DNA of 61,707 bases, filler included, from Actinomycetota bacterium (GCA_046725875.1; 6 parts of 6 records of this genome joined end to end with filler, not necessarily neighbours in it), one strand, 5' to 3'. Shown: positions 19,041-29,887, counted from the whole stretch's first letter. Made by a program: numbers and translations. The notes: generated by a model not told the origin, from the letters alone.

Positions 19041-20078
19041 CTATCGGTCGGGGTCGGCCTTTCCGCGTTCCGCCGGGACCGCGGGCGCCTCCTCCACCAT
19101 GGGCGCCGGCTCACCGCGCTCCGGCTCACCGCGCTCCGGCTCACCGCGCTCCGGCTCACCGCGCTCCGGCTCACCGCGCTCCGGCTCACCGCGCTCCGGC
19201 TCTCGGTGCTCGGGTTCACCGTGCTCAGAGTCGGGGTGCTCCGGCCCAGGCGCGGCGACGGCCGGAGCGATCTCCTCCCGGCCGGGCCGCTTCCTCGACG
19301 AGATGACGATGTAGGCGACCGCCAAGATGAACAGTGCGATCGACACCCAGTCGTTGAGGCGCAGGGGGCCGATCTTGTGCGCGGTGTCTATCCGCAAGTA
19401 CTCGATCCAGAACCGACCCGCGCAGTAGCCGGCGACGTAGAGCGCGAACACACGGCCGTAGCCAAGCCTGAAGCGGCGTTCCGCCCAGATCAGGACCCCG
19501 GCGAGGGCGAACGCCCACAGGGACTCGTACAAGAAGGTCGGATGGAAGGTCGCATAGTTCTCATAACCCACGACCCGTTTGTCAAGGTCGATCTCGACCG
19601 CCCATGGCAGCTTGGTCGGCTTGCCATAGAGCTCTTGATTGAACCAGTTGCCCCACCGGCCGATGCCCTGTGCGACGGCGATGCCGGGTGCACACGTGTC
19701 GGCGACCGCCGGCAGGGGGATCCCCTGGCGCTTGCACGCGATCCACGCGCCCAGCGCTCCCATCGAGATCGCGCCCCATATACCGATGCCACCTTTCCAG
19801 ATGGCGAACGCCTCCCACGGGTCACCACCCTTGCCGAAGTACGGCTCTGGAGTCGTGATCACGTGATAGATCCGCGCCCCGACGATGCCGAACGGCACCG
19901 CCCAGATCGCGACGTCGCCCATGGCACCGCGACGCCCGCCGCGGGCGACCCATCGGCGTTCGCTGATCCAGATCGCGGCGATGACGCCGAGGATGATGCA
20001 GAGCGCGTAGCCGCGGATCGGGATCGGGCCAAGGTCCCAAACACCGCGAGATGGGCTGGGGATGTACGCAAGGTCCAT
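19041..20078 (-). CDS. lgt: Prolipoprotein diacylglyceryl transferase
   Basis: YIPSP, GARIYHV, IWKGGIGIWG, GRWGNWFNQELYG, HPTFLYE. Lies downstream of trpA as usual. Confidence 0.95.
   Translation of the reverse strand: MDLAYIPSPSRGVWDLGPIPIRGYALCIILGVIAAIWISERRWVARGGRRGAMGDVAIWAVPFGIVGARIYHVITTPEPYFGKGGDPWEAFAIWKGGIGIWGAISMGALGAWIACKRQGIPLPAVADTCAPGIAVAQGIGRWGNWFNQELYGKPTKLPWAVEIDLDKRVVGYENYATFHPTFLYESLWAFALAGVLIWAERRFRLGYGRVFALYVAGYCAGRFWIEYLRIDTAHKIGPLRLNDWVSIALFILAVAYIVISSRKRPGREEIAPAVAAPGPEHPDSEHGEPEHREPERGEPERGEPERGEPERGEPERGEPERGEPAPMVEEAPAVPAERGKADPDR
19106..19225. repeat. 15-bp tandem repeat in the lgt 3' end (ERGEP pentapeptide)
   Basis: CCGGCTCACCGCGCT x6 perfect (19106-19195) plus 2 degenerate units. 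Confidence 0.95.
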
Positions 20079-20199
20079 AACGCTGCCGAACGTTACTACG
20101 TGAGGCGCCGAACCTGCCTACTTCTGCTCTCCGCGGCCGTTGGCACCCGCCCCGGTAGAGCGGCATCCTGCTCCAATCTCGCTGGCAAGGAGGCACCTT

Positions 20200-21009
20200 C
20201 TACAGCTTGCGGCGCACGCCGGCGGCGAGGTCGGCAGCGAGGCTGCGCACGGCGGTGAGACCGCTGGCCGGGTCGGGGGGGTCGAGCAGGCACCGGCACA
20301 GCGCGGAGCCCACGATCACGCCCTCCGCGTACGCCGCCACCTCAGCCGCCTGGGCGCCGGACGATACGCCCAGGCCAACCCCGACCGGCAGGTCGGTGAC
20401 CGCGTGCACACGGCTGACTAGCGCCGGGGCCGTTGCGCTCGTGTGCTCCCGCGCTCCGGTGACTCCCATCACCGACGCGGCGTAGACGAACCCCCGGCAT
20501 GCAGCGGCGGTCATCGCAACGCGCTCGTCCGACGAGGACGGGGCCACGAGGAAGACGCGAGCAAGCTCGTGCTCGTCGCTCGCGCCGATCCACTCGGCCC
20601 CAACGTCCGCGGTGAGGTCAGGCGTGATGAGACCGGCGCCTCCTGCGGCCGCGAGATCGCGAGCGAACCGGTCGACTCCGTAACGCAGCACCGGATTCCA
20701 GTAGGTCATGACGAGCGCAACCAGTCCGGATCCCGCGACCGCCTCGACCGTGCGCAGCACGTCCGCGGTGCGGATACCGCCGCGCCGCGCAAGCTCAGCC
20801 GCAGTCTGGATGGTGGGCCCGTCGAGCACCGGATCCGAGTAGGGAAGGCCGATCTCCACCAAGTCGACCCCCGCGGCGGTCATGACCTTGACCGCCTCGA
20901 TGCAGCCCTCGTACGAGGGGAAGCCGGCCGGCAGGTAGCCGACAAGCGCCGCCCGTCCCTCGGCCGCCGCGGTGGCGAACACCTCAGCCACCGCCTTCAC
21001 CCCTCCCAT
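20200..21009 (-). CDS. trpA: Tryptophan synthase alpha chain
   Basis: LVGYLPAGFP, EIGLPYSDPVLDGPTIQ, GVTGAR, VIVGSA. Confidence 0.96.
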   Translation of the reverse strand: MGGVKAVAEVFATAAAEGRAALVGYLPAGFPSYEGCIEAVKVMTAAGVDLVEIGLPYSDPVLDGPTIQTAAELARRGGIRTADVLRTVEAVAGSGLVALVMTYWNPVLRYGVDRFARDLAAAGGAGLITPDLTADVGAEWIGASDEHELARVFLVAPSSSDERVAMTAAACRGFVYAASVMGVTGAREHTSATAPALVSRVHAVTDLPVGVGLGVSSGAQAAEVAAYAEGVIVGSALCRCLLDPPDPASGLTAVRSLAADLAAGVRRKL

Positions 21010-21173
21010 CGAGCACCTCCCATAGCACCGCGCCGGGTGCGGGCGTTTGATTGAGCCTGCGCATGAGACCCGCTCGATCCGTCACGAGGACCGTGTGCCT
21101 TCCGCCGGTTTTGGACGCTTGGCGGATCAAACAAAACAGCGAGGGTCACGGCACGCTCCCGGCTGGGTTCCGG

Positions 21174-22406
21174 TCAGATGCCAAACCAGCGCGCCGCCGT
21201 GTCGACGTCCTTGTCACCACGCCCGGACAGGTTGACGAGCACGACCGAACCAGGCCCCAGCTCGCGGCCGACCGTCAACGCACCGGCGAGCGCGTGAGCG
21301 CTCTCGATTGCCGGCAGGATGCCCTCCGTTCGGGCGAGCAGCGCAAAGGCATCCATGGCCGCCCCGTCGGTTATCGGAGCGTAGGACGCCCGGCCGGTGT
21401 GCTGCAGCCAGGCGTGCTCCGGACCGACGCCGGGATAATCCAGACCGGCCGAAATGGAGTGACTCTCGACCGTCTGGCCGTCCTCGTCCTGCAGCACGTA
21501 GGAGTACGAGCCGTGAAGCACGCCGGGTACTCCTGCGGTAAGCGTGGCGGCATGCCGGCCGGTCTCGACACCGCCACCGCCCGCTTCGAACCCGTACAGA
21601 AGCACCGAGCTGTCCGGGACGAAGGCGTGGAAGATGCCGATGGCGTTCGATCCACCGCCGACGCAGGCGCATACGGCATCGGGCAGACGGCCGGTGAGCT
21701 CGAGGACCTGCGCGCGAGCCTCGTCGCCGATGATCCGCTGAAACTCCCGGACGAGCAACGGGAAGGGATGCGGTCCGGCGACCGTGCCGAGCAGGTAGTG
21801 CGTCGTGTCGACGTTGGTCACCCAATCGCGAAAGGCCTCGTTGATCGCGTCCTTGAGGGTCTGGCTGCCAGTGGATACCGGCACCACGTCCGCGCCGAGC
21901 AGACGCATCCGGGCGACGTTCAACGCCTGTCGCCGGGTGTCCTCCTCGCCCATATAGACAACGCAGTCGAGCCCAAGGAGCGCCGCCGCAGTGGCGGTGG
22001 CGACGCCGTGCTGCCCGGCGCCGGTTTCCGCGATCACCCGGGTTTTCGCCATCCGCTTCGCGAGCAGAGCCTGGCCCAGCACGTTGTTGATCTTGTGTGA
22101 GCCGGTGTGATTGAGGTCCTCCCGCTTGAGCAGGATCCGCGCCCCACCCGCGTGCTCGGCGAACCTCGGCGCCTCGGTAATGGCCGAAGGGCGGCCGGCA
22201 TAGCTCGTCAGCAGGCCGTCGAGGCGAGCCTGGAAGGACGGGTCGCCCTGAGCCGCATCGAATTCCTTGGCCAGCTGCTCGAGCGCGGCGATCAGGGCCT
22301 CCGGCACGAAGACTCCGCCAAACGGCCCGAAGTAGCCAGACCCGCGGCGGGCTGCACCCGCGTTCCCCCCACCCAGCGGCCCGGGCGCTGCAGATCCGTC
22401 AGACAC
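21174..22406 (-). CDS. trpB: Tryptophan synthase beta chain
   Basis: [47 protein letters not shown]. Start approximate. Confidence 0.97.
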   Translation of the reverse strand: MSDGSAAPGPLGGGNAGAARRGSGYFGPFGGVFVPEALIAALEQLAKEFDAAQGDPSFQARLDGLLTSYAGRPSAITEAPRFAEHAGGARILLKREDLNHTGSHKINNVLGQALLAKRMAKTRVIAETGAGQHGVATATAAALLGLDCVVYMGEEDTRRQALNVARMRLLGADVVPVSTGSQTLKDAINEAFRDWVTNVDTTHYLLGTVAGPHPFPLLVREFQRIIGDEARAQVLELTGRLPDAVCACVGGGSNAIGIFHAFVPDSSVLLYGFEAGGGGVETGRHAATLTAGVPGVLHGSYSYVLQDEDGQTVESHSISAGLDYPGVGPEHAWLQHTGRASYAPITDGAAMDAFALLARTEGILPAIESAHALAGALTVGRELGPGSVVLVNLSGRGDKDVDTAARWFGI

Positions 22407-22502
22407 ACTCAGCCCCCGGCCCCTCAGCGCCAGATCCGCGGTGCGCTGCCCCCGCGTTCCCCCCACCCACGTGTTCACCAGCCGCAAACTCGCTGGACAC
22501 GC

Positions 22503-23312
22503 TCAGCTCCGGCCGTGCTTCAGCGCGGGATGCGCACCAGCGGCGACCAGGTCTGCGACGGCCGACCTCGGGTCCCGTCCGGTCACCAGCAGTTCTCCGA
22601 CGAGGACCGCGTCGGCACCCGCGGCGGCATATGCGATCACGTCATGCGGCCCGCGGACGCCGGATTCGGCCACCTTGAGAACGCCGGTCGGGATGCGCGG
22701 CGCCAGCCGGTCGAACAAGTTCCGGTCGACGTCGAGGGTCTTGAGGTTTCGGGCGTTGACTCCGATCACTCGCCCGCCGGCATCCACTGCCCGCTCGATC
22801 TCTGCATTCGTGTGTACCTCGATCAGCGAGGTTAGCCCGATCGACTCCGCTCGCTCGACCAGCGAGACGAGGGCGCTCTGCTCGAGCGCGGCGACGATGA
22901 GGAGTACGACATCCGCGCCCGCCGCCCTCGCCTCCCAGAGCTGGTAGCTGGAGATGATGAAGTCCTTACGCAGGACGGGTACGTCCACCGCGGCCCGGAC
23001 GGTCACCAGGTCGTCCAGGCTGCCACCGAAGCGGCGGTGCTCGGTCAGCACACTGATCATGTGAGCGCCGCCGGCCTCGAAGTCCCGAGCCAGCGCAGCC
23101 GGGTCGGCGATGGACGCCAGCTCTCCCCGGGCGGGACTGGCCCGCTTCACCTCGGCGATGATGCGCACCCCGTCGCCACGCAGCGCCGCGATCGCGTCGA
23201 GCGAGTCGCGGGAGCGGGCGGTGCGCTGCTTGAGTTCGTCGAGGGGGACCTGCCGCTGCCGAACAGCGAGATCGGCGCGAACGCCTTCGAGGATCTCGTC
23301 GAGCACACTCAC
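22503..23312 (-). CDS. trpC: Indole-3-glycerol phosphate synthase
   Basis: [33 protein letters not shown]. Confidence 0.96.
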   Translation of the reverse strand: MSVLDEILEGVRADLAVRQRQVPLDELKQRTARSRDSLDAIAALRGDGVRIIAEVKRASPARGELASIADPAALARDFEAGGAHMISVLTEHRRFGGSLDDLVTVRAAVDVPVLRKDFIISSYQLWEARAAGADVVLLIVAALEQSALVSLVERAESIGLTSLIEVHTNAEIERAVDAGGRVIGVNARNLKTLDVDRNLFDRLAPRIPTGVLKVAESGVRGPHDVIAYAAAGADAVLVGELLVTGRDPRSAVADLVAAGAHPALKHGRS

Positions 23313-23389
23313 GCCGCAGTCCCTACCTCAACCTCTCGGTCTCCAGGATGGTAGGGCACCTCCGGTCGGGGTCGACCGGCGAGGTGGGA

Positions 23390-23674
23390 CTAAAGGCCCC
23401 GTTCCTCCGGGGGACGCCCTGCCACGAGCCCATGCTGTTCACGCTCGGCACTGTGATTCGGTACGCCGCGCACCGGATCGGAAGGGACGGGCTTGCCCAG
23501 CCCCATCATCTGCATGATCTTGCCAACGATCGCTCCGAGCACGATGATGCCGGCGCCCACGAAGGCGAGCCACGGCTGGGCGAAGACGACGCCGAACGCT
23601 CCGAGAACGAAACCAGCCAGGATGATCGTCACCGCGGTCCAGGCCGCCGGCGTATGCCCGTGGTCAGCTCGCAT
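23390..23674 (-). CDS. HGxxPAAW-family small membrane protein
   Basis: HGHTPAAWTAV plus two TM helices, in its usual position upstream of trpC. Confidence 0.85.
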   Translation of the reverse strand: MRADHGHTPAAWTAVTIILAGFVLGAFGVVFAQPWLAFVGAGIIVLGAIVGKIMQMMGLGKPVPSDPVRGVPNHSAEREQHGLVAGRPPEERGL

Positions 23675-23735
23675 CTGCGATCCATCAGCCCTTCTTGCGC
23701 AAGTCCTCTGCGCTTTCACAACGGAGGGTAGCGGG

Positions 23736-24371
23736 TCAGCCCGTCGGGTCCTCACCGCGGTCGATCGCGTCCCACATCTCGCGCTGGTTCTTCGCCGACT
23801 CAAGGCCACCTCGGGATGCCATCGGCGTACCCTCGGCGGCACCCGCCGCCGGAGCGGGTTCGCCGGTGGCGGCTTCGGCCGCCTGCCTTTCATAGCGCGC
23901 CGACATCACCGGCCAGTGCCGGCCGCGCAGAAGCGTCCACACACCGGCGCTGAGAACGAGGACTGCCCCGAGCGCCGCAAGGATGGGCCAGCCGCTGACC
24001 CCCGCATCCCGGACGACCGGCTCGGTTAGCCCGGCAGCGTCCGCCGCTTCATCGTGCAAGGCGGCATTCGGATCGGCAGCTACTCGGATGACGTCCGCCA
24101 GGACCCCCACGCCGGCCAAGCCCAGTAGCAGGCCGACGACGACCCTTCCCACCCGTCGAGTCGCCACAATCGCGACCACGCCGGCCAAGGCGAACAGACC
24201 CAGCCCGGCGGCCACCGGAGCGACCTTGCGACCGCTCGCGGTGATCTCCAGCTCGCCCGGCACACCAGCAACCACCCCATGTGCCCACGACCGTCCGGCC
24301 GCGAGCAGGAGGAGGCCGGCACCGACCGCGCCAAGCGCAAGGACGGTCAGATACTCGCGGCGTGAGGTCAT
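23736..24371 (-). CDS. Trp-operon-associated membrane protein (TIGR02234-like)
   Basis: Four TM helices, WPVMSARYER and C-terminal WDAIDRGEDPT. ATGA-coupled to trpE. Confidence 0.88.
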   Translation of the reverse strand: MTSRREYLTVLALGAVGAGLLLLAAGRSWAHGVVAGVPGELEITASGRKVAPVAAGLGLFALAGVVAIVATRRVGRVVVGLLLGLAGVGVLADVIRVAADPNAALHDEAADAAGLTEPVVRDAGVSGWPILAALGAVLVLSAGVWTLLRGRHWPVMSARYERQAAEAATGEPAPAAGAAEGTPMASRGGLESAKNQREMWDAIDRGEDPTG

Positions 24372-25915
24372 CGGGCTGGGCGTAGGGTTTCCGCGGCTGC
24401 TATTGCCCGTAGCACGGCCGCCGCCTTGTTCACGCACTCAGCATCCTCGGCGGCAGGGTCGGAGTCCGCCACGATGCCGGCTCCCGCCTGCACATAGGCG
24501 ACGCCGTCGCGCAGCAGCGCGGTCCGGATCGCGATCGCGGTGTCGAGCTTGCCGGAGAAGCCGACGTATCCGACCGCGCCGGCGTACGGACCACGCCGGG
24601 TCGGTTCCAGCTCCTCGATGATCTCCATCGCCCGCGGCTTCGGCGCACCGCTGACCGTCCCGGCCGGGAAGCTCGCGGCGAGCACGTCGAGCGCCGCCCG
24701 GTCTGCCGGCACGGTCCCGACCACGGTCGACACGATGTGCATCACATGCGAGTAGCGCTCGATGGACATGAAGTCGAGCACCTCGACCGTGCCCGGCTGG
24801 CAGATCCGGCCGAGGTCGTTGCGGCCAAGGTCGACGAGCATGACGTGCTCAGCCCGCTCCTTTGGATCTGCAAGTAGCTCGGCCGCAAGCTGCGCATCTT
24901 GCTCCGGGGTCGCGCCGCGCGGCCGGGTGCCGGCGATCGGGTGCAACATCGCCTTGGTGCCGTCGACCTTGACGAGCACCTCGGGGCTCGAGCCGACGAT
25001 GTCGAAGTCGTCGAAGCGAAGCAGATACATGTACGGGCTCGGGTTGGTCACCCGCAGCACTCGATAGATGTCGAGCGCGCTCGCCGTGGTGGTGCGCTCG
25101 AAGCGCTGGCTGACCACGACCTGGAACGCCTCGCCGGCAAAGATCTGCTCCTTGGCCAGTTTGACCGCGGTTTGGTAGTCCTCGCTCGAAGTACGCCGCT
25201 CACAGTGCGGCTCGACAGCTGTATCGATGACGGCCGCGGTTGGTGCGGCCGGTCTGGTGAGGTCGAGCGTCATCGCGTCGAGCCGCGCCGCCCCGCGATG
25301 GTAGGCCGCGTCGAGCGCCGCGGTCGCAGCACCGCCGTCCGCCGATTCGAGCTGGGGGATGACGTTGGTAACCAGGACGATCGAGCCGTCGGCATGGTCG
25401 AGGACCGCGACGTCGGTGGTGAGCATCATCGCAAGCTCGGGGACAGCCAGGTCGTCCGTTGCCAGTGACGGGAGTCGTTCCAAGCGACGCACGATGTCGT
25501 AGCCGAGGTACCCGACCAGACCGCCGGTGAGCGGCGGCAGGCCAGCAAGACCGTTGTCCTCCCCCGTTGCGATCGACGGCGTTCGGAGCTTCGACGCGGT
25601 GGCCGCCAACACGGCGAGCGGGTCGCCGGTCATCGCGACGCCGGCCGGCGGTGTTCCGAGCCAAGCTGCCGCACCGTCCCGCTCGGTTAGGGTCGCGAGG
25701 CTGCGCACGCCGACAAACGAGTAGCGAGACCACACGCCACCGTGCTCGGCGCTCTCGAGGAGGAAGGTGCCGGGGCGCTCGCCGGCCAGCTTGCGGTAGA
25801 CGCCCACTGGGGTCTCTCCATCCGCAAGAAGCCGCCGGGAGAGCGTGACCACCGGCTGTCGGCCCGCGACCGCGCGGAACTCGGCGAGGTTAGGCGTGAT
25901 CGCACCGCTCGTCAT
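24368..25915 (-). CDS. trpE: Anthranilate synthase component I
   Basis: FLLESAE, WSRYSF, NPSPYMY, EHVMLVDLGRND, FPAGTVSGAPK, QAGAGIVADS. Confidence 0.96.
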   Translation of the reverse strand: MTSGAITPNLAEFRAVAGRQPVVTLSRRLLADGETPVGVYRKLAGERPGTFLLESAEHGGVWSRYSFVGVRSLATLTERDGAAAWLGTPPAGVAMTGDPLAVLAATASKLRTPSIATGEDNGLAGLPPLTGGLVGYLGYDIVRRLERLPSLATDDLAVPELAMMLTTDVAVLDHADGSIVLVTNVIPQLESADGGAATAALDAAYHRGAARLDAMTLDLTRPAAPTAAVIDTAVEPHCERRTSSEDYQTAVKLAKEQIFAGEAFQVVVSQRFERTTTASALDIYRVLRVTNPSPYMYLLRFDDFDIVGSSPEVLVKVDGTKAMLHPIAGTRPRGATPEQDAQLAAELLADPKERAEHVMLVDLGRNDLGRICQPGTVEVLDFMSIERYSHVMHIVSTVVGTVPADRAALDVLAASFPAGTVSGAPKPRAMEIIEELEPTRRGPYAGAVGYVGFSGKLDTAIAIRTALLRDGVAYVQAGAGIVADSDPAAEDAECVNKAAAVLRAIAAAETLRPAR

Positions 25916-25932
25916 CGGCCGCCTCACGTCGG

Positions 25933-25982
25933 GTAGAAGGGGCACCTCGCTTCCAACCTATTGGAGCAACGGCCCCTTCTAC
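25933..25982. promoter_or_regulatory. Long hairpin 18 nt upstream of trpE (terminator/attenuator-like)
   Basis: GTAGAAGGGGC (25933-25943) pairs with GCCCCTTCTAC (25972-25982); inner TCCAA-CCTA-TTGGA stem-loop. Confidence 0.55.
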
Positions 25983-26112
25983 TGCTCGATGGCTGGAGCA
26001 GGCGCACCTCCTACTTTGCCGGCCGCCGACTCCGCGACCCGCAACGGGTCGGTGACCGGGCAGCGATCACCAATCCAGCCAGGCGCCGGCTGTTTCACAG
26101 GCTCCAATTCTG

Positions 26113-27912
26113 CTATTTGGTGTTGCGGGTCCACGATGCATAGAGGTTGGCGTATACCCCGCCCGCGCGGACGAGCTCTGCATGCGGTCCCCGCTCCACC
26201 ACCCGGCCCGCGTCGAAGACGATGACCTCGTCCGCCGCTTCGGCCGTGGACAGCCGATGCGCGATGGAGATCGCAGTGCGGCCTCGGGTAATGCCCTCCA
26301 GCGCGCGGTGCAGCCGTACCTCGGTCGCCGGGTCGACGGCAGAAGTGGCCTCGTCGAGCACCAACAGGTCCGGATCGGCAAGGTAGGCGCGGGCGAGTGC
26401 AACAAGCTGGCGCTCGCCGGCCGACAGCGACTCGCCGCGCTGCCCGACCGGGGTGGCCAGGCCGTGCGGTAGACCCTCGAGCCAGTCGACGAGGCCGAGC
26501 TCGGTGAGGGCCAGCGCGATCTGGTTGTCGGTGGAACCAGGGCGTCCGTAGCGGATGTTGTCGGCGAGCGGGGCGTCCCATAGGTGGCCGTCTTGCGGCA
26601 CCATCACGATCCGTTCCCGCAGCGAGGAGAAGCGCACCCTGCGCAGGTCGACGCCGTCGACGAGCACCCGGCCGGAAACCGGATCCATGAGCCTGGTCAG
26701 CAGCTTTGCGAAGGTCGTCTTACCGGACCCGGTCTCGCCGACCACCGCCACCCGGCTGCCCGGGGCGATCTGCAGGTCGACATCATGCAGGACGGTCGGC
26801 CCACCCGGGTAGGCGAATCTGACATGCTCCAACCCAATCTCGATCGGCCCGCGCGGCAGCACAACGCCCGACTCGCCTGGGTCGGCGACATCGGGCACGG
26901 TGTCGAGCACGCCGAGTACCCGGCGCCAGCCGGCCACCGCGTTTTGCGCCTCGTTCAGCACCTCCGTGCCCACCTGGATCGGGCCGACGAACAACGTCAC
27001 CAGGAAGAGGAAGGCGAGCAGCTCACCGACCGTCAGGTTACCGCCGATTCCGAGCAACACGCCGACGACCACGACCCCAGCGGTGGCCAGGCCGGCCACC
27101 ACCTCGCCGAGCGAGAAGGAGAACGCGACCAGCTTCTGGGCGCCGATCGCGGCCGTTCGGTGCCGGCTGATCGCAATGTCGATTCGAGCGGCGGTGCGGT
27201 CCTCGATCGCGTACGCACGCACGACCTGCGCCCCGACCACAGCCTCGGCGACGGCGCCTAGCATCTCGCCGACCCGCTCCCGCACCGCGGTATACGCGGC
27301 ACCCACGCGGCGCTGGAGGTGTCGCAGCAACCAGAACAGCGGCATGAACACCGCCCAGACCAGCAGTGTCAACTGCCACGAGTAGATCGCCATGATGGTG
27401 GTGGCGACCACGAGCTGGCCGATGCTGACCACGAACAGGAGGCCAGCCCACTGCATGAAGATCGAGATCGTGTCAACATCGCTGGTGACCCGGGACACCA
27501 GTGATCCACGCCGCTCCGTCGCTTGATGCAGCACCGAAAGATCATGTATGTGCCGGAACGCCTTTACCCGCAGAGTGCGCAGGCCGCCCTCGGTCGCCCG
27601 GTAGAGGCGGACGTTCATCGCATAACCGCACAGGGCGGTCACAACGATCGCGACCGCGGCCAAGAGGACCGCCCAGCGGACAACCTCGAGGTCCGGACCG
27701 CCCGGAACCTGCAGGCCTTTGTCGATCACCTGCTGCACGGATACCGGGACGATGACACGCCCCACGGTCGCGGCCATCGCGAGCAGCGCCGTGACCAGCA
27801 GGCCGTCTCGAAACTCAGGCGACGCGGCCAGCCCTCGCCGGATCGTCTGCCATGGCGTGAGGTCGGCACCCTTGTCAATCTTCACGAGGGGTACGTCGGC
27901 CGATGTCGCCAT
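26113..27912 (-). CDS. ABC exporter half-transporter (TMD+NBD), canonical catalytic subunit
   Basis: TM domain; GETGSGKT, LSAGERQ, LLVLDEATS, IAHRLST. Confidence 0.93.
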   Translation of the reverse strand: MATSADVPLVKIDKGADLTPWQTIRRGLAASPEFRDGLLVTALLAMAATVGRVIVPVSVQQVIDKGLQVPGGPDLEVVRWAVLLAAVAIVVTALCGYAMNVRLYRATEGGLRTLRVKAFRHIHDLSVLHQATERRGSLVSRVTSDVDTISIFMQWAGLLFVVSIGQLVVATTIMAIYSWQLTLLVWAVFMPLFWLLRHLQRRVGAAYTAVRERVGEMLGAVAEAVVGAQVVRAYAIEDRTAARIDIAISRHRTAAIGAQKLVAFSFSLGEVVAGLATAGVVVVGVLLGIGGNLTVGELLAFLFLVTLFVGPIQVGTEVLNEAQNAVAGWRRVLGVLDTVPDVADPGESGVVLPRGPIEIGLEHVRFAYPGGPTVLHDVDLQIAPGSRVAVVGETGSGKTTFAKLLTRLMDPVSGRVLVDGVDLRRVRFSSLRERIVMVPQDGHLWDAPLADNIRYGRPGSTDNQIALALTELGLVDWLEGLPHGLATPVGQRGESLSAGERQLVALARAYLADPDLLVLDEATSAVDPATEVRLHRALEGITRGRTAISIAHRLSTAEAADEVIVFDAGRVVERGPHAELVRAGGVYANLYASWTRNTK

Positions 27913-28109
27913 GCGCCGCGTCACCTCTCCGCCGAATCCTTGCGGGCCGCCGCGACCTGCCCGCCTCACACACGCTATCCGCGGTAAAGGAGTCCACCCA
28001 AGAAAGGCGAGGGCGGTATCGCGGCCGGCAAAGGGGTCTAGGCTAGGCCGTTATGCCGGGCGGCGCTGGTCTCCCTCCCGGCCGCCGCACGGCAGTACGG
28101 AGGGTTGGC

Positions 28110-29870
28110 ATGACCTCGCAGGACGGCATAGGCACGCACGAAACGACGACGGGACACCGCCGTCGTTCTCTTTACGAGGAGCTCGGGGCCTCGCTTGATC
28201 TGTTCGACGGCAATGACCCAAAGCAGGCGCAAGGGCCGAACGGGACCAAAGCTTCCAGTCGCCGCAGCCGGGTCAACGAAATCGACGAGACCGAGAGCTT
28301 TATCGCGGCGCTCAGGGAGGATCCGCCGGCGCGTGCTAGCCGAGGCGAGCACGCCGCCCGACCGAACTCCAGCGCTCTGCCAAGGCCCGAAGGCCCGCCG
28401 AGCCCAGCCGCCCGGCCGAACTCCAGCGCTCTGCCAAGGCCCGAAGGCCCGCCGAGCCCAGCCGCGCCGCCGAGCCCAGCCGCGCCGCCGAGGGCCGCCG
28501 CCCGGCCGAGCGCAGCCGCCCGGCCGAGCCCTGAAGCCCCGCCAAACGCCGTCGCGACTCCCCGGCCCGCCTTCGAGGACGGGCCGCAGAACTTCACCCC
28601 GCCCGCAGGCTGGGTGCCCGACGACCCTTCGGGGGCTTATGACACCGGCGACCTGCCCGTCCCGCGTTTCGCGCCCGCGCGTCCCGAGCGGGTGTCGGCT
28701 CAAGTCGACAGCCTCGAGACATCACCTACCGACTCACCGATCGGCGATAGGAGTACGGATTCCCAGCCGGGCGAGGCCTACAGCGGCGGGTACGAGCTCG
28801 AGCCCTACGCAGGCGGTCCTCCGGAGAACCACGACCTCCCAGAGCAGCGCACCTCGCAGTGGTCGATCGTAGAAAGCCTGCTGCCGGTGGATGCGCTGGC
28901 ACCGGTCGACCGACCGAGCGACGGCAAGATCGAACAGCCGAAGTCGGCCGACCTGACCGCTGAGTCCGTGCTGCGACGGCGGCAGGAGCAGCCAAGCCGA
29001 GGTTGGCGGCGTACTGTCTTCGCTCTCTCTGGTGGCGCCCTCAACCCCGGCCCCTCCGCGGCCGAGCGGCGGGAGCGGGAGCTGATCAACCGAGCGCGCA
29101 CTCCGCTGCGCGGCTGCCACCGGCTGGCGATCATTAGCCTCAAGGGAGGGGTCGGCAAGACCACCACCACCGCGTGCCTCGGGTCCATGTTCGCGACGCT
29201 TCGCGGTGACCGGGTGATCGCGATGGACGCCAACCCGGACCGTGGCACCCTCGGCGAGAAGATCCCGCGTACGAGCAGCAAGACCGTACGCGACCTCGTC
29301 AACAACGCCCCTCAGCTCACCCGCTACGCGGACGTTCGGGAGTTCGCCTCGCAGGCACCGTCCCGGCTCGAGGTGCTCGCCTCCGAGTCCGATCCATTTG
29401 TCTCCATGGCGTTCTCGGAGACCGACTACCGCGTGGGCGTCGGCATTCTCGCCAGCTTCTACAACCTGATTCTCACCGACTGCGGCACGGGTCTCCTGCA
29501 TGGTGCGATGGTGGGTGTTCTCGGGCTCGCCGACTCGTTGATCGTCGTGAGTTCGCCCTCACTCGACGGCGCTCGGTCCGCTTCGGCCACGCTCGACTGG
29601 CTGGAGCGCCACGGCTACGACGAGCTGGTAGGCCGTTCGGTCGCGGTGATCTCGACCGTCCACCCCGCCGGTGGCAACGTTGACGTGAGCAAGCTCGAGG
29701 AGCACTTCGCATCCCGATGCCGCGCGGTCGTGCGGATCCCGTTCGATCCGCACCTCGAGGAGGGCGGCATCATCGACCTCGACGAGCTGAAGCAGCCGAC
29801 CTACGACGCATACCTACAGCTCGCAGCCGAGGTGGGCGACGGCTTCGCCCTCCCACCCCGGATCGGGTGA
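28110..29870 (+). CDS. MinD/ParA-family ATPase with long Pro-rich N-terminus (EspI/FlhG-like)
   Basis: PSRGWRR...LNPGPS, deviant Walker A LKGGVGKTT, IAMDANPDRGTL, ILTDCGTG, IPFDPHL. Confidence 0.88.
   Translation: MTSQDGIGTHETTTGHRRRSLYEELGASLDLFDGNDPKQAQGPNGTKASSRRSRVNEIDETESFIAALREDPPARASRGEHAARPNSSALPRPEGPPSPAARPNSSALPRPEGPPSPAAPPSPAAPPRAAARPSAAARPSPEAPPNAVATPRPAFEDGPQNFTPPAGWVPDDPSGAYDTGDLPVPRFAPARPERVSAQVDSLETSPTDSPIGDRSTDSQPGEAYSGGYELEPYAGGPPENHDLPEQRTSQWSIVESLLPVDALAPVDRPSDGKIEQPKSADLTAESVLRRRQEQPSRGWRRTVFALSGGALNPGPSAAERRERELINRARTPLRGCHRLAIISLKGGVGKTTTTACLGSMFATLRGDRVIAMDANPDRGTLGEKIPRTSSKTVRDLVNNAPQLTRYADVREFASQAPSRLEVLASESDPFVSMAFSETDYRVGVGILASFYNLILTDCGTGLLHGAMVGVLGLADSLIVVSSPSLDGARSASATLDWLERHGYDELVGRSVAVISTVHPAGGNVDVSKLEEHFASRCRAVVRIPFDPHLEEGGIIDLDELKQPTYDAYLQLAAEVGDGFALPPRIG
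28353..28478 (+). repeat. 54-bp tandem duplication plus 18-bp unit in the ATPase linker
   Basis: AARPNSSALPRPEGPPSP x2 (28353-28406 and 28407-28460, one nt difference), then AAPPSP. Confidence 0.9.
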
Positions 29871-29887
29871 CCGGGCCCTTTCCGCAT

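Noticed and set aside
19106..19225. Opposite-strand ORFs with LTALR / SRSAV / GSPRS repeats
   Set aside because: Alternative readings of the lgt tandem repeat.
26067..26112. WLDW* as a Trp attenuator leader peptide
   Set aside because: No start codon or RBS close by in that frame, and the Trp codons are not tandem.
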